Made by a program: the position numbers and the translations under genes. From the NCBI GenBank assembly GCA_013239625.1, contig MU053520.1:1083103-1147102 (forward strand): 64,000 nucleotides of DNA. The letters run 5' to 3'. Under the pieces are notes generated by a model. It saw only the letters and a list, made by a program, of their open reading frames with translations. It searched no databases and was not told where the DNA came from. Positions 24,901 to 38,015 of this stretch are shown here, in pieces; positions within the stretch are counted from its first letter, which is position 1; each line of letters begins with the position of its first letter. Origin of the DNA: Lama guanicoe (Eukaryota).

Positions 24901-26689
24901 CATCCCAAGGAAAAGAGATGTGGAAAACAAGTAGCATAATTTAATTATATTGGCCCTATTCCTTTAAGCATGTCTGACACAGTATATACGGACCAATAAA
25001 ATAAACCATGGCTGTCCCTATGGTTTTCAAGGCAGTCCTTAATACACTTTCTGATTTGATTCGATGTTTAGTTTTGGCTCTTGTTTCCAAATTTCATAGA
25101 GGTTTCATATGCCTTGGATTTAGTGTCATTATATTTATTTATTCATCCATTCATGCATTCATTCATTAACTTATCAACAAATACTTATCTACCACATAAT
25201 AGGAAATAGTTTTATTATTATGTATTATCATGTGTTGTTAAATACATGACATAACCTTTTACAGTCCTCAAAATGCCCTATATATGACAGACCAAAAACT
25301 GGCTTGTAGTCACCTCTCTTGATTTGAGCATCTTTAGGAGGATACACTTCTCTAACTCTTGAGAGCCCAATTTCATCCCCTCATCCACTGATCTATATCT
25401 GGTAGAATCATTCCTGTAATCTGCAAAGAGAAGAATTGGATAAAATAAAGCTGGGTGAATATTTCAATGAAATTTCCATCCTTCCAATTTGCCCGACATG
25501 CTCCTTTAACAAATTTAAGTAATCAGAGAAAATATGCATGTATGAATGTATGTCAAAGCATGTTAGTAGAAAACATTTCAAACTAAATCTACACAAGACA
25601 GTATGTTTTAAAAGTCAAATAGATATAACACACTAGGGAAATATAAAACTGTAGAAAATATTTATTTTCAACTTCATAATATTGGAAATAATACTGGTCA
25701 TGTTCCTAGGTTTCCTTTGGGCAATTAGGGGGGAATTTAAGCAATTTGAGGTTGAGAGTGTATGAGAAACAAAAAGCATTGATTTTATTCAATTCAGTTA
25801 TGACCACCTCAGGATAGTTTTAACTTATCTCTCTGCCTAATAGAAGAATATTGATTCCCCAAACACTAAAGCTTTTTTTTTTCATGTCTTATATTTAGTC
25901 CAGAAACTTGCCTTATTCCAGAATATATTATTCCATCTTTCCAGAGTAATAAGTTCTCTCACAGATGAATTAAATTAAAGACAAAAATTGGGTTTAAAAT
26001 TCTTTAATTGCTGGAGTGGAATACTAGTTAGATTATTGATAAATCCACCTAATCTCTATAAAACACAGTCATCTCTTTTCTACCTAAGAATCATATATTA
26101 CAAACTTTTGAGTTAATGCTAAAATAATGACAATGATCATTAATATAATCAGCTGCACCTCATCACTCTATAGCACTCTAAGACATAGTAGGGCTCATTT
26201 ATTACATGAAAAAACATGTCTGGACTTCCCAATTCCCTGCCATTTGACTCTAACATTGATATAGCTACAGATCAATGAAACTCTCTACCCCTAACTCAGA
26301 TAAGAACAGGTTATGGTCCCTGGATTCTTGAGTGAATTAATCTTTGGCTATTCTGATGAAACAAGAAACATGCCTTAAATTCTAGGAAATTAGCATTTTT
26401 CTGGCATTTGGGAATTTTACCACTGCTGCCTTTGACAAATTCATACAACCGTGACTTTTACGCAGGATTTTTAATGCAAACAACGTGCATTCATCCCACT
26501 GATGTTGCATTCAAATGGTTAGTGTAGAAAGAAACTCTAGCAACAAATTCGCATAGTATTCTCACAGGGCCAAGAGATCAAATAAGGTCACCATGTCTAT
26601 GAGACTTGGCTTAAACCTTCCGTTTTCTTTTTCTTGAATTCCAACGTTCTTGTCAAGCTTTACTTTACCAGGGTCATACATTGTGACCA

Positions 26690-27117
26690 TTTCTCATTCT
26701 TTCTGATTTTCCAAAAATTCTTGATCTCTTACCCTTGAGTTACCGTAGATTTCCTCTTTCTCTGTGTACACTCTCTTGGGATCTTATGTAGTTTCAAAGC
26801 TCTAAATATTGTATGCACACCCATGCCCCCAAATTTACACTCTACCTCATTCCTGAACTCTAGGCTTATTTATCCAACACCTATTTGACATCTCTGCTTG
26901 AATACTTAGAGTTAGAATAGCCAAGGTTTTATTAATAAACTATATCCTCAGACCTCTAGCTCCAGTCTTATTCTTCCATAACTCACTTAATGATAATTCA
27001 AACTGTCTGCTTTTTAAGAATACAATTTTAGGGTGATGTTTAGTCCTCTCTTTCTTACACCCTTTATCCAATCTATCAGGAATACATCCACGACCTCACT
27101 TCAAAATATATCTAAGA
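26690..27117 (+). mobile_element. L2 LINE fragment (left part of an L2 split by L1 insertions)
   Basis: cccaaatttacactc...ctgaactctaggctt...tatccaacacctatttgacatctctgcttg...cttcaaaatatatct. Confidence 0.7.
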
Positions 27118-27119
27118 CA

Positions 27120-27420
27120 AACATCATAATTGTTTCAGACAATACTATTTATGACAGCAGCAGAAAGAATAAACTACCTAGGAATAAATTTAACCAAAAA
27201 GGTCTGAGATCTGTACACAAAAATAATAAAACTGATGAAAGAAATTGAGGAAGACACAAATAAAAGCAAAGAAATCCTATGTTATAGACTGGAAAAATTA
27301 ATATTGTTAAAATGTCTATTCTACCCAAAGCAATCTACAGATGCATCTCTTTCAAAATCCCAATAGCATTTTTCACAGAAATAGAAAAAAAATCTAAAAT
27401 GTATATGGGAGCAAATACAG
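27120..27420 (+). mobile_element. LINE-1 ORF2 fragment
   Basis: acctaggaataaatttaacc...aatattgttaaaatgtctattctacccaaagcaatctacaga ([14 protein letters not shown] motif). Confidence 0.9.
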
Positions 27421-28074
27421 GGAGTCCTAGCTTATAGGAACACAGACTTGCCAGCAGAACCCACCATGGGAACAAGTTCCCAGGTAGAAGAGCCTGAACT
27501 GTAATTGATGGTTTGCTGGAGGTCAAGTGTGGACAAGTGTGAGAATTTAAACTCCAGAGGGACCTGGTCATGAGGGGAACCCTACAATGTTGTGCGATTT
27601 ACCTCTAGGGGCTTGAAAAGGTGCCACAGTAAACATCAGGGAAAAATCTCCTCATGCTTTCCATAGGGCAAACAAGAAAAGTAACCATTTTGAAATACGC
27701 CAGAGCACTCATCTTCTTAACTAGGTCTGACCTCAGGGGAACTAGTTAACCATACTGTCATTATAACTATATTAATCTGTTGGAGTATTAGCAGAGCCTA
27801 GCTGACACGAGGAAGGAAAATACCCAACTCCAGCTCACTCTAGCCATTCTGACTCAGCCAAGGGCAGTGGAAAAGGGGTACTGAGACACACTTGTGAAAT
27901 TCACATTCCAGAGAAATAGGCTCACTAAAGACTGAGACCCAATCATAGGACTATACACTACTTCCCCTCCCCTCACTCCTCACCACAGCATTACTGAAGG
28001 CCTCTTACAGCAGTTACAGCAGTTTCTTTTGGCCAATATATCATATCTATCAACAAAAAATTACCAGACATCTC

Positions 28075-28417
28075 TGAAAAGGCTACAACCTGTACGATTC
28101 CAACCAAATGACATTATGGAAAAGGCACAGATACAGAAACAGTAAAAAGATTGTGGTTTCCAGGGGATTGGGGAGAGGGAGAGAAGGAGGAATGAATAGA
28201 TGGAGCACAAGGGACTTTTAGGGCAATGAAATTATTCTGTATGATACTATAGTGGTGGCTACATGTCATTATGCATTTGTCAAAACCCATAGAATGTACA
28301 ACATCAAGAGTGAACCCTAATGTAAACTATGGACTGTGGCTGATAATAATGTGCCCACATTGGTTCATTGATGGTACCAAATATGTCACACTGATGAGGG
28401 CTGTTGATGGTACAGGA

Positions 28418-28452
<35 letters not shown>

Positions 28453-28544
28453 AGTGGGGAGGGCTGTGTGTGAACTCTGTATTTTCTGCTCAATTCTGCT
28501 GTGAACCTGAAGCAATTCTGAAAGAATAAAGTCTGTTAAAAAAG
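28075..28544 (+). mobile_element. LINE-1 3' end (L1MC1-like) with a clear 14-bp TSD
   Basis: ttaccagacatctc is duplicated at 28061-28074 and 28545-28558. The body contains gtcaaaacccatagaatgtacaacatcaagagtgaaccctaatgtaaactatggact, and aataaa is followed by a short A tail. Confidence 0.92.
28419..28448. repeat. (TA)15 microsatellite
   Basis: Perfect TA dinucleotide run. Confidence 0.97.
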
Positions 28545-28990
28545 TTACCAGACATCTCAAAAGGCAAAAGCAAACAAACAAGCAAACAAACAAAAAAACC
28601 CCACAATTTGAAGAGCCAGAGAAAGAATCTGAACCAGTCATGGAATTATCAGGCTTGGAATTTAAAACAACTAGGATTAATATGCTAAAGACTCTAATGG
28701 ATAAAGTAGACAGCATGCAGGCACAGATGGGCAATTTAAGCAGAGAGACAGAAAACTTAAGAAATAATCAAAAAGAAACACTGGATATAAAAATTCCACA
28801 GCAGAAATGAAGAATACCTTTTGCAGATTTGTTAGTAAACTGGATATGGCTGAGGAAAGAATCTCTGAGCTAGAGGCTGTATCAACAGAATCCTCAAAAA
28901 CCAAAAAGCAAAGAGAGCAAAGACTGAAAAAAAAAAAGAAAAGAAAAAAGAACAGAATATCTTCAAAATGTGGGACAACTGCAAAAGGTA

Positions 28991-29542
28991 TTTTTCTGCT
29001 CAGAATCCTTTGACAACATCCCGTTTCATTCAGAGCAAAAGCCCGATTTCTTGCAAACGGCCACAGAAATCCTGTAGTATAATCTGGCGCACTGCTGCTC
29101 TGAATTCATCTCGCTCCCTCCACTCCAACCGCATTGATTTCTTGCCGCTCCAGAAACACATTCTGTCTAAGAAAACGCACTTTTCATTCTCCAAGCCTGA
29201 AACATTCTGTCCTGAAATTAGTGTGGCTTGCACCCATGCTCCTTTTTAAATCTTTGCTCAAACTTCACCTTCTCTGAGATGCCTAAACTGACTACACTAT
29301 TTAAAAAATATATTCCTCTCTCTTTTCCAAGTCGGATTATCAATAAGATTTTATTTTTATCCATAGCATTACCAGATAATTCGCTAATTGATCAACATGG
29401 TTATTTTCTGTCTTTCCACTAGAACATAGTGGAAAAGTCTTAAAGGCAGAGATTCTCATTGATTTTATTTGGTACTATGTCTCCAGCATTTAGAAAAGTG
29501 CTTGACAAGTAGAAACAAATGAAAAACATTTTGTATGTGAAT
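28991..29542 (+). mobile_element. L2 LINE 3' part
   Basis: ctgctcagaatcctt...tttaaatctttgctcaaacttcaccttctctgagatgcct...ctccagcatttagaaaagtgcttgaca, the L2a 3' end. Confidence 0.8.
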
Positions 29543-30327
29543 CATCCTTTTCAACTCTGGATCAGCCTCCTGGCAATTGCCCTGATGGTCTCCACTGGTT
29601 TTAACACCTCTGATTATTAACATATCTTTGATTTTTAAGTGGGCATGTATGGCAAATTTTACTAAAAAATGTAGTCAGTAGAGAAGAATTGAATTGCCAC
29701 CCAGAAAAGAAGACATTACTGCCCTGAAAATTTCTACATCCACCGTCAGCAGGGTTTACCCTGCAGCTGCATTTCTCCGCAAGCTCTAACTGTCTGTTGT
29801 GTAGTTTATTTTTTCCCACTGTCACCACCTTACCTTCCTTATCTTCTCTGCTCTGCTCTCTTGCTACTCTCCTAACCCTAATATTTCTGTTGAGTTCTTA
29901 TGCAAAGGGTTCAGTTGCCTCCTTTAGTGCTGTCTTTCCCTAGATTGTGTTTTCAGTATTATTGTTTTCAGTTTCCATAGCTGGCTGAGGTGTGTTCATG
30001 GCCAAAGTCCTCTATGGAAAAGGAATTTTTGTGCAAGCTCTTTAAAATAAAAGACCTGCTTTGCTATACCAGTTAAAACTGGTAACACAAGGAATTCTGG
30101 AATGCCTTTGATGCCAAATTTCTCTGGAGCACCAAAGTGTATAAATGGGTATAAAAACCTCACCTTCCTAGTGAGTCAAGTTGTCAGAATTACTACAGAA
30201 AATCTCTGTAGAAGATGGTGTCCCACAAATGAAGACATTATAGCACTGACCTTGCGAGTGATTATGATGTGCTACTAGGGTATATTTTTGAAGAAAGATG
30301 CTTGGTTTTAAAAGGAAATACTGGCAT

Positions 30328-33300
30328 GGGGAAGGGGAGGGGCTTCAAGCTTCAAGATGGCAGAATAGAAGGATGCAGAACTCACCTCCTTCCACAACAT
30401 CAAAGATACATCCAGGAGGGGAACAATTCTCCCAGAATACTCACTGAACTCTGGTAGATCTCATGCAAACAAAGCTACAAGAAAAATCTCCATGTAATTT
30501 GGAAGGAGTTAAAAAAAAAACAAGAAGAATCAGAATGGGACTTGTGTGCCTGGGAGGGATCAGTGAAAGAAGAGAGGTACCTGCACCCTAGAAGTCCCTC
30601 CACCAGCAGGGTGATCAGCCAGGACAGAAAGACAGCTTCAGAGGCTCAAAGGGGCATGCAACAGCTGCTGTCCAGTAGGAAGAAGAGAGAGACAGGCACA
30701 GGGGATCCCTTCTAGCCCACTGCAGGCCCTAAACTGAGATGTGAGCCTGCTGGTGTGTGCAGGGGCTGCACACAGAAACTCAGGCTTCAGAGGACAGACC
30801 CAGGGAGAGGACTGGGATTGGCTATGCTGAGACACCCTGGAGCAGGGTGGCTGGAATGTTGTATGGCCTGAAACTGGAAGTTTGGGCAGTAGAGCCCAGG
30901 TTCATCATTAAAAGCCCCACTCTTAGTTCAGAAGAAAGGAAAAGTGGGACCCCACCATAGGAGCCTCTTTCTCGGTGTGCTCACAGGATATGGCTCCACC
31001 ATAAAAGCTCCATTGTTTATGCCCACTCACAAAAGGAGGGGCTGAAATCTGAGCCATGTACCAGGCACCTTTATTGGATTTATGGATTTACATGCCAGTG
31101 CCTTTTTAACATCAGCACAGACAGGACATCAGGCAAAATACTGGTATGCAGCTGTATCAAGTCTGATGGTAACAGTGGAAGCTCCCATGTGGAGTGGGGC
31201 TGGGGTCTGGGCTGACTCTGTAGCCCACTGCAGATCCAGGTGTGTGACTGTGTGCACCTATGATGCGTCCTGATGCCTGACTTCAAGGGATCTGCCATGG
31301 TGTCTTTGTGAACATAGCACATGAGGGACACCAACCCAGACTGTGCATTTCCACAGCTAAGATGGGACTGAAGACAACACCAAAAACAATGTATTTTGCG
31401 AGCCCCTAAAAATAAATGACAGGTGACGCCACAGAGTTCACTTCCCAGGGGACATTCCTGTAGAGAAATACTCAGCAGCTCTTCTCCCAGTGGAAATGTT
31501 CCAGTCCTGCCTACCTCACACAGCAGTTCAGAAATGAATCTGGGAGCATCTACTCCAAAAACTGGGAAGCAGACTGGGCCACTGACAGGGCTGTGACAAC
31601 CACAGGGCAAAGAGGAAGCCCCACTCAATATCCAGCACAGGCTTTGGTCACCACAACACCAATTACACCCCCTTTCAAGGAAGCAAGAGCCAGCACACAC
31701 AAAGGAAAGATGTGGTGGCCATTTATACTAAAAAGAGCCTTGCAACATGAATATTAGACACATGCAGGCTACAAAGGGGTGTTCCCAATGAAAGGAAAAA
31801 AAAAGCCCTTCAAGAGCACAATAGAAAACTGTTACTCCTAAACTCATAGTCAGAGAAATATACATAAAACAAAGAAGCAGAGGACCCACTCCCAATTAAA
31901 AGAATAAGAGAATCCCCCTGAAAGAACAGACAATAAAATAGAACCTTCCATTCTATAAGATCTGAAGTTCAAAAAGGAGATAATAAAAATACTGAAGGAA
32001 TTAAAAAAGGCTAGTGAGAGAAATACAGATTACTCTAAAAAGGAACTAGAAACTATAAAGAAGAGCCAATTAAAATTAGAAAACTCATTTGTTGAGATGA
32101 AACTCAAGCTAAAGGCAGTCAATAGCAAACTTGACAATGCAGAAGAACCAACAAGTGATCTGGAAGATAGAATAATGCAAATCACCCAATCAGACTGATG
32201 AATATGGATGCAAAAATTCTCAACAAAATATTAGCAAATAGAATCCAACAACACATAGAGAAGATCACACACTACATCCAAGTTGGATTCATCCCAGGTT
32301 CACAAGGATGGTTTAACATATGCAAATCAATCACTGTGATAAATCACATCAATAAAAGAAAGGACAAAAACCACATGATTATCTCAATAGATGCAGAAAA
32401 TGCATTTGATAAAATTCATCATCAATTTATGTTAAAAACTCTTACCAAAGTGGGTATAAAGGGAACATATTTCAACATAATAAAAGCTATTTATGACAAA
32501 CCCACAGCCAAAATTATACTAAATGGTGAAAAGTTGACAGCCTTCCCACTAAAATCTGGGTCAAGACAAGGATGCCCACTCTACACCTTTTCAACACAGT
32601 ATTGGAAATCCTAGCCATAGTAATCAGACAAGAAAAAGTAATGAAAGGGATTCAAGTGAGAAGGGAAGAGGTAAAATTGTTACCATAGGCAGATGACATG
32701 ATACTATAATTTAGAAAACCCTAAAAACTTGATGCAAAATCTACTAGAGCTGATAAGTGAATTCAGCAAGGTAGCAGGACACAAGATTAACATACAGAAA
32801 CAGTTGCATTTCTTTACACTAACAATAAAATATCAGAAAAGGAAAGTTTAAAAAATTCTTTTTAAAATCACATCAAACAAATAGAATACTTAGGAAAAAC
32901 TCTCACCAAGGAGGTAAAGACTTACATGCTGAGAATTATAAAATATAGATTAAAAGAAATTAAAGATCTTTAAAGAAATGCAAAGATATCCCATTTGGAT
33001 TGGAGGAATTAATATTGCTAAAATGGCCATACTACCCAAAGCAATCTACAGATTTAATGTGATACCTATCAAATTACCAAGGATATTTTTCACAGAAATA
33101 GAGAAAGCAATCCTAAAATTTATATGAAATCACAAAAGATCCAGAATTGCCAAAGCAATACTGAAGAAAAGAATGAAGCTGAAGGCATTACCCTCCCAGA
33201 CTTCAGACAATATTACAGAGCTACAGTAATCAAAATAGTATGGTATTGGCACAGAAACAGACATATAGATCAATGGAACATAATAGAGAGCCCAGAAATA

Positions 33301-34750
33301 AATCCATCGCCAATAGTCAATTAACCTTCAACAAAGGAGGCAAGAATATACAATGGAGTAAAAACAGTCTCTTCATCAAATAAATTTGGGAAATCATGTA
33401 ATGATGATGTTTACATCAGCTGCATGTAAATCAGTGAAGTTAGAACATTCCCTCACACTGTACACAAGAATAAACTCAAAATGTCTTAAAGATTTAAACA
33501 TAAGACAGTGCACCATACATCTCCTAGAGGAGAAATAAGAAAGATATTTTCTGACAATATTTTCTGAGGTCATTCTCCTAAAGGAATAGAAATAAAAGCA
33601 AAAACAAAGAAATGGGACCTAATTAAACTTACAAGCTTTTGAACAGCAAAGGAAACCATAAAGAAAACAAAATATATCCTACAGACTGGGAGAAAATATT
33701 TGCACGTGATTCAAGTGATAAATGCTCAGTTTCTAGAAAGTACAAACAGCTCATACAATTCCATATGAAAAAAATAAACCAATCAAAAATGGGCAGAAGA
33801 CCTAAATAGATATTTCTCTGAAGAAGGCATACAGATGGCCGGTAGCCACGTGAAAATATATTCAATTTTGCTAATTATCAGAGCAAAGCAAATCAAAACT
33901 ACAATGAGGTTATCACCTCACACTGGTCAGAATGGTTATCTTTAAAAATTCTACAAACAATAAATGCTGGAGAGGGTGTGGAGAAAAGGGAACTGTGCTA
34001 CTCTGTCAGTGGGAATGTAGTTTGGTGCAGCCACTATGAGAACATTATGGAGGATTCCTAAAAATAATAAAAATAGAGTTTACCATATGATCCAGCAACC
34101 CTACTCCTGGGCATATATCCAGAGAAAACTCTTAACTCAAAAAGATACAGGCATCCCATGTTCATAACAACACTATTTGCAATTGCCAAGACATCAAAGC
34201 AAACTAAATGTCCATCAACAGCTGGTTGGATAAAGAAGCTATATATATATATACACACACATACACACACACACAATGGAATATTACTCAGCCATAAAAA
34301 AGAATAAAATAATACTATTTGCAACAACATGGATGGACCTAGAGATTATTATACTAAGTGAGGTAAGACAGAGAAAGATAGATATCACATGATATCACTT
34401 ACAGGTGGAAACTAAAAAAAAATGAGACAAATGAACTTATTTACAAAACAGAAACAGATTCACAGACATAGAAAACACACTTTTGGTTACCAAAGTGGAA
34501 AGGGCATGGGGGAAGGATAAATAAGGAGTCTGGGATTTGCAGATACAATCTACTAGATATAAAATAAACAACAATGTCCTACCATATAACACAGGGAACT
34601 ATATTCAGTTTCTTGTAATAACCTATAATGAGAAAGAATATGAAAAATAATATATATAAGTGTATAACTGAATCACTACATTGTACACTAGAAGCTAACA
34701 CATTATAAATCAACTATATTTTAATATAAAATTTATAATAAAAAACAAAA
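30328..34750 (+). mobile_element. LINE-1 with both ends intact and a large internal deletion (ORF1 N-terminus fused to the ORF2 RT region)
   Basis: 5' terminus ggggaaggggagggg...caagatggcagaatagaagga. ORF1 coiled-coil remnant at ~31860-32194. RT ORF 32198-32614 ([17 protein letters not shown]...[14 protein letters not shown]...[11 protein letters not shown]). The YADD tyrosine codon reads TAG at 32686-32688. Degenerate CCHC knuckle near 33965. 3'UTR and A tail. Possible TSD aaaggaaatac / aaagaaatac. Confidence 0.96.
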
Positions 34751-36689
34751 AGAAATACCAATTTAATCATTATGCTGAAGTCAAACAGGTCTATACTATT
34801 AAGTAATTAATCTTTCTTAGTTAACCTTTACTTAAAATTAAGTATGTAACCTCTAGATCTGGCTTATTTTCCTCCAGTTTTAGACTTTGTTTCCTCTGAC
34901 AACTTGTTATGTCATTTCCTACAATTCTATCTGAGCCACAGTTCAGTCCATGGAATGAGGTACAAAAGCTTTTCTAAAGATGTAACAGACTCTTAAGATT
35001 ACAAATTTTTCACTTTAAAACTTTTCAGGGGATGCATTATCTTATTTGAATCATGATGTGGGATTGCTCTGTTCAGGAAAATCAGATCTTTGAACATATA
35101 CCAAAAGAATAATGCTCAGGGGGAAAAAAACATAAGTTTTAAAGTTGTATCCAGAAATGATAACAATAACACACCACCCCAGAGACCTTAGATTTAAATT
35201 AGGAATATTGCTTTTATTGCACTATAAACTATTTTTTTGCTCAAGCTGAGACATTCAGCACCTAACAATGTTACTGTTAAGTGCACATTAAAAGGAAACT
35301 AGGGTATTTCTTTGTGTAGAAACACCAAAGCTGGGAACATCCTGTAATCATATTGAATTTCCTAATGGTGCCATAGAGAAAGGGACAAAGAGTGAAAATA
35401 AATGTGAATAAAACCTTTGGATATACCGTAGAACTATCTCATATAAAAGGAATTTAATATAGAGACATCTTCATAACAATCAACATTGCTTCAGGAAGAT
35501 AACAGCACAAACCATTTTATCTGCCATACAGAGGGTACTGCAGAATTTAATAAATGCATTCCAAATTCTTTGCAAGCAAGGCAAAGTAAAAATTAGTTAA
35601 ATTAATAAACCATGAGATGATTAGCTAGGGAATTGAGTTCAAATGACAAGGTTGGCTATGTTGTGAATAGGTCAAATATTTCTTAGAAAATATAGCTTTT
35701 AAATATAGGTCTGTCTGTAAGATCATATTTGCAACTCCTTTATGACACAGTTGACCTTAAGAGATCAGTATGCCCACTTTCTTGTATTCATATAAGGCCT
35801 TATATACATTTTCCTAACCTTGTTTGTATCTGTGATTTTTAAAAATGCTTTAGAAAAGATGATATCATGACCCACAAGGCTATAAATTACCTGAATAGAG
35901 ACTCACCCTCAGCTTCTCTCTGGAGAGGTTTCCTTTAAGACACAACCCAAATTTTCCTGGGTTCTCTATCAGGCATAATTGTCTGACATGACATGAAAGA
36001 CAGCTAATGAATCATTTTGGCTGACGCAGTAAGAATAGCCATCCTCCTCTCTATTGCAAGAGACGTTTACCATAATCAGAAGAAGCATATATAGGTACCA
36101 GAATCAGACAAATCAGTGTGAATGCTACTTCATAACTTTTGAGATAAGTTTAAAAGTCTATTAACCTCACTGATACCCTCTCGTCACCTCAGTATTGCCT
36201 TCACTGTAAAATGGATAAAATGCCATCCACCACTCCTGGCTGCTCTGAGAATTAAATGATAATAGCACACGGATGGCCCAGCAAATAGAAAGTATTCAGT
36301 GAGTCTTCCCATTTCCTTTCCTTGTCCTGAAAAATACGCAACATGAAATTAAGTCTACTCCCCCACACAGTTAAAATAAATTTTCTTGTAGTAAACCTTG
36401 TATGTTTGACTTTATTTTCTACCTGAGAATTTCTCAACTTAAAGAAAAGACAAATGACTGGCTTTTGAAAAAGAAATCAACCAGTTGTTTTTAAAATGTG
36501 TACCATCTAGATTGGAAAATATTACAATTTATTACCCAAGAGTGTAACAAGTGAGGGCGTTCCTGCATCTATGTTGTTCAAATTTTGTAGCCAAGTCAAG
36601 CAATGTAGGAATGTGTTCTTAAACTTGAAACAGGGCTACGTCTCCCTTGGAGCTCAGACAGCTCTTAAATCTGTTTAATCCACAAATAT

Positions 36690-37700
36690 CCCCTGTTCCT
36701 CTCCTCTCTCTCCATCCCTTAATCTAACTTTGCTGTTTATTTGTTGAAGAAACCATGTTGTTCATCTTCAGTTTGCCATAGTCTGGGTCTTGCTTGATAC
36801 TTCCCCATGGCCCTGTGGTGGTGTCCAGTGGGGACACCACTTGCTGTAAGTTGGATCTAGAGCTTGATCAAATTCATGATTTATTTATCCATTGAGTTAT
36901 CTTTAGCAAAGCTCTTGCATAGATATAGAGCTGTGTGCCTTCATCAGAAGGTGTATCTGTCTGTTTCTTTTTTTGTGTTATCAGCAGCCACTGCTAATAG
37001 ATGTCTTGAGCCATTCTTTCACTAGGGCTGTGAAATGTTGACATTCTAATTCCATCATTTCTTCTTCTTTATTAGCTGGAAACCTTCTCCTCATCTAGTA
37101 TTTGGTTTCAGGTGGAAGAGTACATATGAAAAGTCAGGAAAAGTGCTTGATACTTTAACTTAATTGGCAATTTTAAAATAAGCAAAATCACTATTAATAA
37201 ATTTCCCTTCTTTTCAAAATCATTATGATCTAACAGGTTTTAATATATTTGATGTGTTTTATCCTTTAGTTTTAATATACCTATTAGCACTCAATTTGTC
37301 CTGTTTTTGGCCAGTAGAAACTTCTTTAGTTCTTTTAAGTCCTTTTAATATAATCATAGAAGCCTATGATAGTCCCTTTACATTCTGGTCATTACAAAAT
37401 AATCCAGGGTCATCTTGTACATTTTGTGTGCCAGAACTCTCACGAGCCCTGTTTCCTTTTAGTGGGAAATGGTATTTAGAGACCACAGTATGTGTACAAG
37501 TTTGCTCATTTCTACCTGCTTGATAATTGGTTCTAAAGCTTTTCAGTGTACAGAGTTAAGAAACATGTGTTCCTCTGTATGCATAAAATACATCCAGAAT
37601 ACACATCCATACTAGTACCTCTAAATCAGATTCAGAACCTAACCTCTTTGATCAAAATATACATTTCCTTTTTCTGCTGGAAAATTCAGATGTTCAATAT
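36690..37700 (-). mobile_element. Old LINE-1 3' region (L1MC4/L1ME-like)
   Basis: tttatttgttgaagaaacca...ttggatctagagcttgatcaaattca...ttctaattccatcatttcttctt...gagccctgtttccttttagtgggaaatggtatttagagaccaca. Confidence 0.7.
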
Positions 37701-37829
37701 TCCTGATAATCTGGGCATCCAGGCTGATTTCACTTTTGTAAACAACCCTTTACAATACTTTAGTTTCTTAATGTAATTTTAGTGGGACAGAATTTGCATG
37801 GCTCCAAGTTCTACTCTAATTAACAAAAA

Positions 37830-38015
37830 TAACAATGAACATTTATTGAGCTTTTACTGTGTAATATTATTTAAACTTTACAATAACCCCATACAAAAGT
37901 ATTATTCTCGGTTTATAGGTGAAAAAATTAAAGGCTCAGAGAAGTTAAGTAATTTATAGAAGGTGACACAATTATTAATGGAGTTTCCAGTACTGGTTTT
38001 GTCTGACACTGGAAT
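37830..38015 (-). mobile_element. MIR SINE
   Basis: aacatttattgagctttta...acaataacccc...aggtgaaaaaattaaaggctcagagaagttaagtaattt...aaggtgacaca. Confidence 0.8.

Larger units (their letters stand above)
27421..28990 (+). mobile_element. Old LINE-1 5'UTR/ORF1 fragment (L1MD-like), interrupted at 28075-28544
   Basis: ORF 28807-29013 (SKLDMAEERISELE) is the L1 ORF1 coiled coil. The upstream sequence resembles an L1MD 5'UTR. Confidence 0.75.

Noticed and set aside
31080..31700. Longest ORF in the window (206 aa), antisense in an L1 5'UTR, reminiscent of primate ORF0
   Set aside because: It starts at GTG, has no recognisable domain and lies in a GC-richer UTR of a decayed element. The homologous region of the L1 at 1900-2300 shows no matching long antisense ORF in the track.
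32198..32614. Reverse-transcriptase ORF as a functional gene or retron-like system
   Set aside because: It is an ordinary LINE-1 ORF2 fragment. It frameshifts after 138 aa, and the YADD tyrosine codon is a stop.
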